Part shown: one piece after another, positions 36,801 to 48,800 of the stretch
Position numbering within the stretch: position 1 is the first letter of the stretch
Layout: the number at the start of each line of letters is the position of its first letter
Source: Phoronis australis
Taxonomy: Eukaryota > Animalia > Phoronida
Length of the DNA stretch: 64,000 nt
Direction of reading: 5' to 3'
NCBI GenBank assembly: GCA_002633005.1
Contig: NMRA01000237.1
Span: 248,001 to 312,000 of the forward strand
Program-made: the position numbers and the translations under genes
Notes under the pieces: generated by a model
Told to the model about the DNA's origin: nothing
Seen by the model: only the letters and a program-made list of their open reading frames with translations
Databases searched by the model: none

Positions 36801-39800
36801 GAGCCTATTAGGATAACAAAACCTCTTGCTGATGTGACCTGCACTGAACACGAGTCAGTCACATTTACTTGTGAGGTGTCAAAAGATGGCGCCGAGTGTA
36901 CGTGGTACAAAAACACCCGCCAAATTGTTGCTGACAACGAAACGGTTGTCATTACAATTTCCGGGAAAGTCCACACTTTGACCATTCATGACGCGCAACT
37001 TGAGGACGCTGAAGAATACATGGTTAGAGCAGCAGATCAGACCTCAACGGCTAAATTATTTGTGAAAGGTTTGTCCGTAATACGTTTAAGGAGAACTTTC
37101 AAGACTTGAATTTTTTAAATTGCTTGTTATTTACTAATCATAGTCAGTGTTAATTGCTTTGTAGTATTTTTCCATTGAATACTTTGGATAACATCTGCTG
37201 TTTAGTTCATTAACAATGAATTCCGTTTCTTTTTTAGTTTTGGAATGTAGTCATTTCATTCTGGAGATATTATTTCAAGTATTATTTCAAGTTTTATTTT
37301 TGTAGTTATGAAATGTTTTCAATGTGTACAATCTGTTGATAGTTGTGTTGACGTCTGTGTTTATCAAGGCAGGTATCATTTTAGCGTCAAGTTAGCAATG
37401 GCAAACCAAAATATTTTTCTTTGAAATTATCTAGTATTAATCAGTAGTAGGAACCTTTGAACCAAAACAACATATTGCATTATTTGAAATTACGACACAT
37501 TTCGGTAGACTTTCATACCATTTTCAAGCTTAGCTTTTCTATGGCCGTCTTGAAGCTGCATGTAAAGCAATATCTTAATTCACTCGGTGCTACAAAGGTG
37601 ACTAAACTACTGCTGTTGCTACTGCTTGTACTGTTGCTACATTTAAGTGCCTAGCTCTATCTGCTGTATGTTTGTACTGTCAAGTTAATGCATCTAGCAA
37701 CTAACCTTTGATTGGTCGCTAACTTGCAGAAGAGCCGCTTCAAATCAGTGTTCCTCTGGTTCAGACCAGTTGTATGGAGCATGAGGATATTACTCTCAAA
37801 TGCGAGTTCTCTAAAGAAGGCGTTGAGAGCTCCTGGCGTAAAGACAACATTCAGTTGTCCTCCGGCGGCCATTATTCAATTGGCATCGATGGTCGCACTC
37901 ACTCGTTAACAATCTATGGTGCCCAGCTTGAGGATGAGGGGGAATATACGATCAGTTCAGTTGATGTCAGCTCAACCACTACACTGTTGGTTGAAGGTGT
38001 GTTGTCGTCATTCGTTCTGTGATTGTTGTTTCTGTTCTTGCTGTTTATGTGAAAATTCTTCAATGTGAGATGAACGTCACAGCTCATTTGGCGTGTTTTT
38101 TCATTTTTAAAGGCTTTCGTTCATGTTTTTGTTATGATTCTAAGCATGTTACCAATGAAATAAAACTTTCTTTCTCTTTCTTGAGAATTTGACAAAATGG
38201 AATTGTATCTTTCAGCCATTTTGTGTCCTAAATTGAGGAATTTTCACCATAATCTGATATGCTTTGCGTAATTCTTTAGTTTTTAAAGGTAGATTTCTTT
38301 CATTTTATATGAGCTAGAAATAGAACAATTGATTTTCATAAACTTGCCTAACAATAGTCTATAGCTATTACTAGTCAATGTACCCTGCTTGACTAACAAA
38401 CAGTATGTCTAACTTTCTTAATGTTGGCTACATTCTTTGCAACCTGAATTTTATGTCATCGCTGGCTTTAGATTGTTAACTTAATTTGCTGCACGGCTTT
38501 TGTTAACTTGCAGAGGAGCCTATAGAATTCTTCACCCAGATCACTGACACTGTGTGCTTTGAGCACACGTCTGTCACACTCACCTGCAAGCTCTCTAAGC
38601 CCGATGTTAAGGTCACATGGTTGATGAATGACATGGAGATTGTCTCCAATGCTCACTTTGAAATCACTGTAGTTGGTAACGTTCACTCACTCACCATCCC
38701 TGATGCCTTGTTTGAACACTCAGCCGAGTTCACCGTAGTTATTCCTGGTGGAAGGTCATCCGCTAGACTCACTGTCCAAGGTTTGTAGATAGCATCAAGG
38801 TCTTGTTAAGATTGTTTTAATGATTATGTGCTTGGTAGATCCCATCCATATTGAATTACCTGATGCCAATGCAGGTAAGTCAGTCGCACTTTCACTGTGC
38901 TTGAATTGTTTGATTTTTACAAGAAATATAAACTATGAATATTTGAATTTTTCATTTTAATATCGTGTGTATGTAGTGCTGGCATGAGTCTTGATTTATT
39001 TGTTCAGGGACAGTGGCAATGGTTATGCATGGATATTGTGTGTATGGCATTAGTGAAATGATGGTTCAAACTTTTTCAAAAAGTGCATGAATTCAGGTAT
39101 GTAACATCTCTGCAATTTCGGTCAAAAATAATTTGCCAGAATTATCATTGTTTTCATTTTTAAATGGCTCTAACATTGTTGGGAATTTCGCTATTTTTTC
39201 AAAATATTTATGATGGTCGCTTTTGGCCAAAAATAATTTGTCGTTATCATCATTATTTCATTTTTAAAGGGCTCTAAAATCGTTAGGAATGTCCCCTTTT
39301 TTCAAAATATTTTCTGATGGTAGCTATGGTACAGAACTGGAACATGGTGAAATGCGTAAAATGAAATTGGTGACATTATATCATAGTCACATGGGACCTT
39401 CACTCACCATACCTGCATCTTGGTAGGACCATAGTGTTCATATGATGACGAGGACCCATTGTTTATTAGCAGCACTTAGTGAATAGTCAATATTCAATCT
39501 CCCATTGCATCTCCATGTAGCTACTCAATTGGAATTTGCAGAGGAACCGTTGGAAATCATCAAGCACCTCAACGAGACCACCTGCTTCGAGAAAGACACT
39601 GTCACTTTCACTTGCGAGGTGTCCAAGCCTGATCTGGAGTCTGTTTGGCTGCAAGATGGCAAGGAGCTGTTTGCTGACAAGAACGTCACCATCAGCACTG
39701 TTGGCTGCGTTCACACACTCACACTGGCTGAGGTCAACCTGGATCAAGAGGCAGAATACACAGTGCTAATAAAAGACAAAAAGTCATCAGCTGTCCTGTT

Positions 39801-42800
39801 TGTAGATGGTAAGTCATTTATATGGCATCCCATTTTGCAAGGGTTTTCGTTTGGAAAACATTGTACAGATAATTGGAACTCGGAGTTATGCATTTTCTAT
39901 CTAAGTACTGCATTTTGTCCTTGTTTGGAGCCAGCTCTTTTGGCAGTTGAGACTTGTGCTTTATTTTGTTTTAAAAGATCTTTCCCCTTCTGTAGCTGGT
40001 AATGGTTATTATTGCAAAAGACATTCACATTTCAAAGCTAACTTCAGACCTGTTTGCATAATACTCATTGATTGAACACTTACTGTTCTGCTTGCTCTTA
40101 TTTTAACCATAGTGCCTTGGTGAAATATTTGTTACACCATAAATGAACTAACCTCATTCTGGACACAAAGTCACCGAACTTAACATGAGATCTAACCCAG
40201 AAATTGACCACTTGGGTGTCATGTTACAAGTAAAAAGTTTCACATCAAGCTATTGGTCATCTTTGGGTGGGTCATCTCAAGTTTTTTTTTTTCACTGTGA
40301 TATATATTTATTAAAGGATACACAGAACATACAAAGAAATAATAACAAACCCAGAAACCGCGAAGCATTATATCTGGGTTGTAAACAATTCATAAATGAA
40401 ACTTATATACATAGAGATATATACAATTAAGTAGTATCTAAAATAAGTATTCCAATACTTAGACATGCTATTACAGATATATAAAAACAAAAATATTTAC
40501 AGATTCATGTAGGGAAATCAGATGCAACNGTGTCCAAGCCTGATCTGGAGTCTGTTTGGCTGCAAGATGGCAAGGAGCTGTGTGCTGACAAGAACGTCAC
40601 CATCAGCACTGTTGGCTGCGTTCACTCGCTCACACTGGCTGAGGTCAACCTGGATCAAGAGGCAGAATACACAGTGCTAATAAAAGACAAAAAGTCATCA
40701 GCTGTCCTGTTTGTAGATGGTAAGTCATTTATATGGCGTCCCAGTTTGCAAGGGTTTTCGTTTGGAAAACATTGTACAGATAATTGAAACTCGGAGTTAT
40801 GCATTTTCTATCTAAGTACTGCATTTTGTCCTTGTTTGGAACCAGCTCTTTTGCCAGTTGAGACTTGTGCTTTTGCTTTAAAAGGTCTTTCCCCTTCTGT
40901 AGCTGGTAATGGTTATTATTGCAAAAGACATTCACATTTCAAAGCTAAATTCAGACCTATTTGCATATCACTTATTGTTTGAACACTTACTGTTCTGCTT
41001 GCTCTCATTTTAACCATAGTGCCTTGGTGAAATATTTGTTACACCATAAATGAACTAAAAAACCTCATTCTGGACACAAAGTCACCGAACTTAACATGAG
41101 ATCTGTCCCAGAAATTGACCACTTGGGTGTCATGTTACAAGTAAAAAGTTTCACATCAAGCTATTGGTCATCTTTGGGTCATCTCAAGTAAAGTTTGATA
41201 GTCAAGGACTGTGTTCGTGTGTTGCCCATTACTCACTCAAGTGTTACTGGCTTGCTGGCTTCTTCACAGAACGTCCCATTGAAATCCTGCAACCCCTCCA
41301 AGAGGTGTCCTGCCTTGAGCATGAGCAAATCAACCTGAGTTGCAAGCTGTCAGAACCCAACCTGTCCGTCAAATGGCTGAAGGACGGCAAGGAGCTTGTC
41401 GATCATCCCGGCATTGAAATGACATCGGAAGGTTGCGCTTACACTTTAACCTTTGCTGACATTGGCATTGATGATGAGGCAGAATACACCATTGTTGTTG
41501 AGGATAAGCAAAGTTCAGCTCTGGTGTTTGTTGATGGTAAGTCTGCTTGGCAGATTTTGAATTCCTGCCAGACTCCAGTTATCCTATAGAATGTTTTCAG
41601 GCTACCCGAACAACACAGCTTACATTCTTATGAACATGGGTATAGGACATGTAAATCCAGTCACTGACTCAAAAAAGTATGACATAGCTACACAGGGTCA
41701 CCCAAAAGTCATCGCTCAAAGACTCACATCCATTTACACATGTAGATGGTTGTGTTTACAAGCACCACAGCCAAATGTTCATAAACTACGTGAGCTGTGT
41801 TGTTCGGTTAGCCTGGTCGTAATAAGATGTGTGAATGTGTTATATTTTATGTTCTAGCAGAGAACCTTGTCGTGACTTGAAGAAACTTACAGAGCAATTT
41901 TGACGCCTTTTGGTGGTTATGCTTTAAGAATCATAAAGTCCCTCGTGGTTTGCGACAAAAATGGGGAAATTCTTGTTTTTATGTGCCAGTGCATGTTTTT
42001 TTGTTTAAACTCCCTTGTGATATTTGCTGAAATGTGAATAACTATTTCTTGTGTGCCTCTTTTCAATTTTTTTTTAGTTTTCAGTCTTTTTATGTATATG
42101 TTCCTGTTGGTCGCGACTCATATTTCAAGTGTTTTTGTTTGACTTGTATTTGCAAATGTTGTTGATTATTTATTTTTCAATGTTCAGTCTTCCATATTTC
42201 TGTTTATATTGCACTAGCTATGATTCATAAAAAAATTATTGTACATTAAGCAGTGTTATAGTAAGGTCTCAGCACCACAGGAGTACACAGCAAGCAAGAA
42301 CACAGTCCAGTTACATATAATTTCAATTTGAAACCAAGGCATTTCAATGACTTTATATTACTGAGTGAGTTCAAACTCAAAACTTTCTTGGTCACATGAC
42401 TTTCAGAGCTGCCTGTAGAAATCACGGAGCCTTTGACAGACCAAGAATGCACTGAGAAGGAGTCTGTCACTCTTCAGTGCTCTGTCTCCAAGCCAGACAG
42501 GAAAGTCACATGGTTAAAGGATGGTGAGGTGCTGACACCTGGTGACAGATACAATATCTCTGTTGATGGCAACAAGCAGATCCTGGAGATCATTGGTGTT
42601 CAATTGGATGACCAGGCGAAATACACTTGCAGTATTGGAGACCAACAGACCAGTGCTAACCTTAAAGTGAACGGTAATGTAACAACAAGGCAAAGCCCCA
42701 GCTTCTATTATATAGCAGTTATATATTTTTGTGACTAGGAAGTTCTATAATTATTAATGATTAAAAGTTCCTAACATAATGGATAATCAATGGACTTTGT

Positions 42801-45800
42801 CGTAACACTTTATGATAATAGTCCAAAAAAGTTTAGATGTTTTGTCATTTCAACAGCAATGAATCTCTTGACTTAATATGTGAGTCAAGGTGTCTTTATT
42901 AGAAAACTCTTTAAATACTTGTTATTTGATTATCTGATATTAGGCTTGGTTTTTACTTGTCTTCACTTGTCTTCACTAACTCGACCAATGCCTGACTAAA
43001 ATAACGAAAATATTATTACACTTTTCTTTTCAAACATGAAATGATTTTGATATCTTCACAGAAGCGCCATTGGAGTTTGTCACGCCACTGAAAGACGTTA
43101 CCACCAAGGAAGATGCAACAGCCACGCTGACTTGTGAAGTATCACGACCAGGTCAGAAGGTCAAATGGCTGAAGGATGGCAAGGAAATAGCGCCCTCTGA
43201 CAAGGTGCAGTATAACTATGTACTTTGTTTTGTGTACTTGTATTGTAAGATGAAATTTCAGAAACAAAATCCCTTTAAAGCTAGCAAATTTTTGCTCTCA
43301 TGCAGTGGGTTGCTGCAAAGACACAGGGATATTTTTGGAAAACCAGACCGGTATTCACTAACGCATGACTCATTCTTTTTCTCTTTCCTTTCATGACAAT
43401 ACAACTGCTATCCCATTAGGGGGCGCTAGGGAGCATGGACAAGGAATAAGCCCGTGACCATATATTCCCAAAGGGTTTTTGTGCAGCCGACCATGCGTAC
43501 TGACCCATTGTGTTTCAGTGGTAACAGATTATTAACTGAATGTTTCCAAGACTTGCCTGAGGCTGCTGTTTCAGTTAAATGAATCATCACGGATGCCTTA
43601 ATGATTGGTGAATGGGAGATAGTAATGGTTCTGTAATGATTCAAAATATTTTGACAGTAACGTTGCTGCTGTAAAATCTCACCAATATAGGGCACATTAT
43701 GGCAGGCTGATGAAATGTTATTTTCTGATATATAGTATCAGAATCATGCGTTACCACATCCAAGTTCTGTACCGTAGCTACCAACCAACAAATTTTTAAA
43801 AAATTGTGGATATTCACAACATTCGATGTCCTTGAAAAATTAATTTAAAAAATGCAACTTTTTTCCAAAGTTGGTGAGATTTTACCAACTGGTTTCTCCT
43901 CATACCTGGAAAGATCTTATTTCACTGTGGAAACACAATTTGATGCATTTCAGATTAACATAATATCCGAGGGACCCCTTCACACGCTGGTCATCAAAGA
44001 CGCTACCCTGGATGACACTGCTACCTATACAGTTGTTGTTGGTGATCTTGAGTCTTCTGCCAATGTTACTATTGAAGGTATTGTCACCTCTAAAAACATT
44101 TTTGTAGTGCCAATATCTTGGAAGATGTCGAAATAGATTAAGAGTATTGTTCTGTTTATGTTATGTTTATCTTACAGTCTAAGTTGTTTATTCATGGCTA
44201 TTGACTCACTTGCAGTTGATTGGTTAATTTCAATGTATTCGACTTAATTGACCGACTGAATAATTTGCAAATGGACCCCAGATCAATTGATATTCAAATG
44301 TGAATAGCATAAAAGCAATCTATTATTGGTCAAGAGTGAATTTCAATTGTTTTATTTATACCAGCGGACTATAATTATCAAATTCAGGCTAACACTTATG
44401 ACACTTTTATGCATAGGATTTTCAATTCAGATACTTGAGCATTATAAGTTTGAGTGCAACAGAAAACCAAGCATTCAAAGTGAGAATGTTGATTCAAATC
44501 TATACAGACCATCTTTTCAGTCTGCACATACTTCACCAAAGCATCTTATTATTGTTGCATCCACTATTGGCGTTCTTTATAGAACTTCCTGTCGTCGTGA
44601 CCAAACCTCTTACGAGCCAAGTGCTCACTGAGAAAGAGACTGCCATCTTTGAATGTGAGGTGTCCAAACCAGACGGCACTGCCACATGGCTGTGCAATGG
44701 GGAACCGATCTCTGTCAGCGAGAACGTTGTCATCAATGTTGATGGCAATCGCCACTATTTGACGATGAAAGATGTCACTGTTGATCAAACTGCAAACTAC
44801 ACATGCAGCGTAGAAGGCGCGGAGACATCAGCCTCTCTGACTGTCAAAGGTTGGTATTGGAAGAGTATTTAACTTTAAAGTCATGAAACATTCGAGATCG
44901 TGTTGCTGTAACTTTATCTAGTGTTTGGTCATAGGACCGATCTGTTCCCCCTCCCGCTGTCAGCCATTATGCTCTTGGTACATAACTGATGTGACCATTA
45001 CAGGTCAACTTACGGAATTAAGCTACAATTGAGTTGTCAGTTCCTTCATGATGCAAAAGTCACTTCTCATGTTGGTAAAGAAAAGGTTGAGACCAATTCT
45101 GTAGCAGTTGATGATTCAGTGCGAAGCTGGTGTTTTGACTTCAAATTTGCACAAGGGACAAGGGGCTTTTTGTGGCTTTAAATAAGTCCAGTTTCCAGTT
45201 TAGAATTGTTTGGGCCTGTATTATACTTAGTGTTTTGGTGCATTTTCCTGTCCTGTCCTGGTTATGTTCAACGTGCTTTGATTTTCATAGCATCTGTTTC
45301 GTTTCATCATTTCTGAAAGTTGATTTTCAAAGTACCTGAACTGCACCTTTTTGGTCACCCATTTAAATAAAAACACCCATGCTTAACTGATTAACAACTG
45401 CTGTGTTGATACTAAAGTTCACTCATATGACACCACAGAAGTTTCAGTTTTTCAACATGATTGGCTTATTTCCATTAACAGAGGAGCCACTCTGCATTCT
45501 GGAACCCTTGGTCGACATCACCACTATGGAGTCCCAGACCATCACACTCAAGTGTGTAGTCAACAAGCCTGGCAAGACTGCTGTCTGGACCAGAGATGGC
45601 GCCACCATCTCCAGTGATGGCAGGTTTACCATCACATCAGTGGAGTGTGACCACACGCTGGAAGTTACTGACATGGTGCTGGATGATGAAGGCAGCTACA
45701 CTGTGTCTGTAGAGAATGTTCAGTCCACTGCTAAAGTCTTTGTTGATGGTATGCCCTTTGAGTGCTTGTGTTTGTTTGGAAATCATGGCTTGCTTGCACT

Positions 45801-48800
45801 CTTTTCGGAATTGAATACCTTGTATACTATTACTTTATTTCTTAAAGTGCAGGGTGTGCTTCACAAACCAGGTCTTTTTCCTGAAATATTGTCACTTAAT
45901 ACTTTTACCTTCATGTGGTCTATGTCTTGGGTTGAACTAACAAGCAGGATTTGTGTCATTTTAAACTGTCTTGTTTTGTCTTAGATTTCAGATACAGATT
46001 TTTGGGCTTCCAGAAACACGTGCTGACTCTTAAATTTTATGATACCCATTTCAGAAGAACCAATCACCTTTGACCGCTCTCTAGAAGACGTTGACGTCTT
46101 TGAAATCCCCGGCACTGCAGTATTTGAGTGTGAGATCAGTAAGGAAAACATCCCAGTTCAATGGTCACGGAATGGCAAGGTGCTTCAACCTGACAAGAAG
46201 TACGAAATGGTGTCAGAGGGTAAAGTTCACAAGTTGATAGTTCACGATGTCACAGAGAAAGATGAGGCTGACTTCCAGGTCGTAGCGCGTGGAAAATCTT
46301 CCACTGCCGGACTCTTTGTCGAAGGTAAGTTATGAATTCTATCCATGAAATATTTCCTTTTTTCTTAAACTTTAGAAAAATGTTTGAGATTCATTTATCA
46401 CTAACAGTGATGAAATTGTGTGCAGATTTATTTTCAAGAGTGGGTACCTTAACTTTCTTGATTTTTTGATCCATTGATGTCACAGGATTAATATAACTCA
46501 AGACAACTGAACTTTCACTCACCAAGTTTAATCTGTTAAAATATTTCCCTCGGTGTGTTTTCTAGCTCCTCCTGTGCTTAGATTGGATGATTCTTTCGCC
46601 GAAAATCTGACGATGAAGGCAGGAACGTCCACCATCATTGAAATTCCCTTCACGGCGAACCCTCAACCCAAAGTCACGTGGTCATACAATGGCATGCCTC
46701 TGACTGCATCGAACCGCATCAAGACCGAAACTATTCACAACATGACTGCACTGACACTTAGCAGAGTGGAACGTGGTGACAAGGGAGTTTACACACTCTC
46801 ATTGGAGAATGACAATGGTCAAGTCAGCATCACCATCAACTTGACTGTCCTTGACAAACCTTCTCCACCTCGAGACTTGACAGTATCTGACATCACAGCG
46901 GAAAGTGTTGTGTTGTCATGGCAGCCACCAGAAGATGATGGTGGCAGTGAGATTGCAGCGTATACCATTGAAAAGAGAGATGTGAACCGGCGCACTTGGC
47001 AGGATGTTGACCGCACCACCGAGTTGACATTCACGGTGCCCAAGCTTCTAGAGGGTAACCGGTACCTGTTCCGAGTGAGTGCCATCAATGAAAATGGCGT
47101 GAGTGAGCCAGCGGAGACGGAGGAACCTGTTACAGCAAAGAACCCATTTGGTAACTTATGAAGACATCTGCAAACATGGATTGCAATTTTCTCAATTCAG
47201 TGGATAGTGTTGTTGTGATTTTTAATATGACAAGCTCTGTTGTGGATTGTGTGGAGATTTTTATTGCCCTGCTGCTAGCTTCACCATTACGTTTTTTTTT
47301 CTCATTTTATTTTGAATTTGACAGTTTTGCATGATTCAAATTATTGATGCTCATAGCTTTGATATTTACAATATATTATTTAGTGAATACTGAGGTCTAT
47401 GCTCCACAGGTCTCACAGTTTATATTAAAATTATTTTATGTTTTCACAGTTGTACCAGGCCCTCCAGAGGCACCGTTGATCTCTGACATTCTTAAAACAT
47501 CCTGCCTCGTTGCCTGGCAACCACCCAGTGAAGATGGCGGCTCACCTGTCACTGGTTATTACGTAGAGCGCCGCATGACTACTAGCAGTCGGTGGATTCG
47601 CATGAACAATGATGTCATCTCAGAGTTGCTGTACCAAGCCAATGATCTGTATGAAGGCAACGAGTATGAATTCAGAGTCTCTGCAGAAAACAAGGCTGGT
47701 GTTGGCCAACCTAGTCCACCATCTAAACCATTCACTGCCAAAGATCCATGGGGTATGTTTGACCTTTTGTCATCTACCGTGTTTCATATTTTGTCATAGC
47801 TTTTAAGTTTGACTATGGCTGTGTGTGCAGAAAACCAGATAAAATCACTGTTAGTTATTTGAATTCAAATATCTATGACTGATAAAGTTTATATCACAGA
47901 AATGCTAAAACAAGTATGAAACCCATGTATACATGACTTCGTTTGATTTGCTGTAACAAGCATAGGGGGCAGTTTGTGTTCTTCCATTATAGTAGTGATG
48001 CGAAAGTGGTGGAGCAAGAAGGGTCTGGACCTGTCTGCACTAGATCCACACCTGAAGAGTTACCTTGTGCGTAGTTTTTTGTCACCTTTAGAATATAATT
48101 ATATAGAATTCTGCACCTCCCTCTTGCAGACAAACCCGGTAAACCGGACAGACCAATCATCGAAGATGTCACCAAAAACTCAGTGTCTCTCTCATGGACT
48201 GTTCCCGAGAATGATGGAGGAAGTCCAATTTTCAATTATGTAGTCGAATACCACACTGTGGGTGGCTACAAATGGCTGAGAGCGAATGAGGAAGATGTCT
48301 GTGATGCCACGTACACTGTGACTGGTCTGAAGGAAGGTCACGACTATGAGTTTAGGGTCAGCGCTGAGAACAGAGCTGGCATTGGTGAACCCTCAGAACC
48401 ATCAAGTCCGGTAAAGGCGGTGGATCCTATTGGTGAGTGTCTGTTTAAACCCAAATATAACATGTGATAAGGTCAAAAGTAGTCAACTTGTCAACTTCAT
48501 AATACAGTTTGTCAATTGTATCGTTGTAAATTTGACCACTTTCACAATAAGGGAACTCCACTCGATCCGTTGAGTGAATTGAGGAACCGTTGATTTGCCA
48601 TTGTGAGGGAATCTTAAACTGGTCGCTACAGAACTTAAAGAAGGACCTACATGTGGTTTAAGTAGTTTCATCTTTAGGTATTGCCAAGTACAACACTGTT
48701 CCCCTCAAGATATCATGCATGAACTTGAATGAGATGGTTGCCATCAGAGCCTGTGTAAGATGTTTAGACTGTCTTTCTCAATTATCTGTGAATTTCTTTC

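Noticed and set aside
14906-45748. Dscam-style mutually exclusive exon cluster or CRISPR-like array
   Set aside because: No shared docking/selector sequence or repeat-spacer structure was seen; the exons chain in frame as tandem domains typical of titin.
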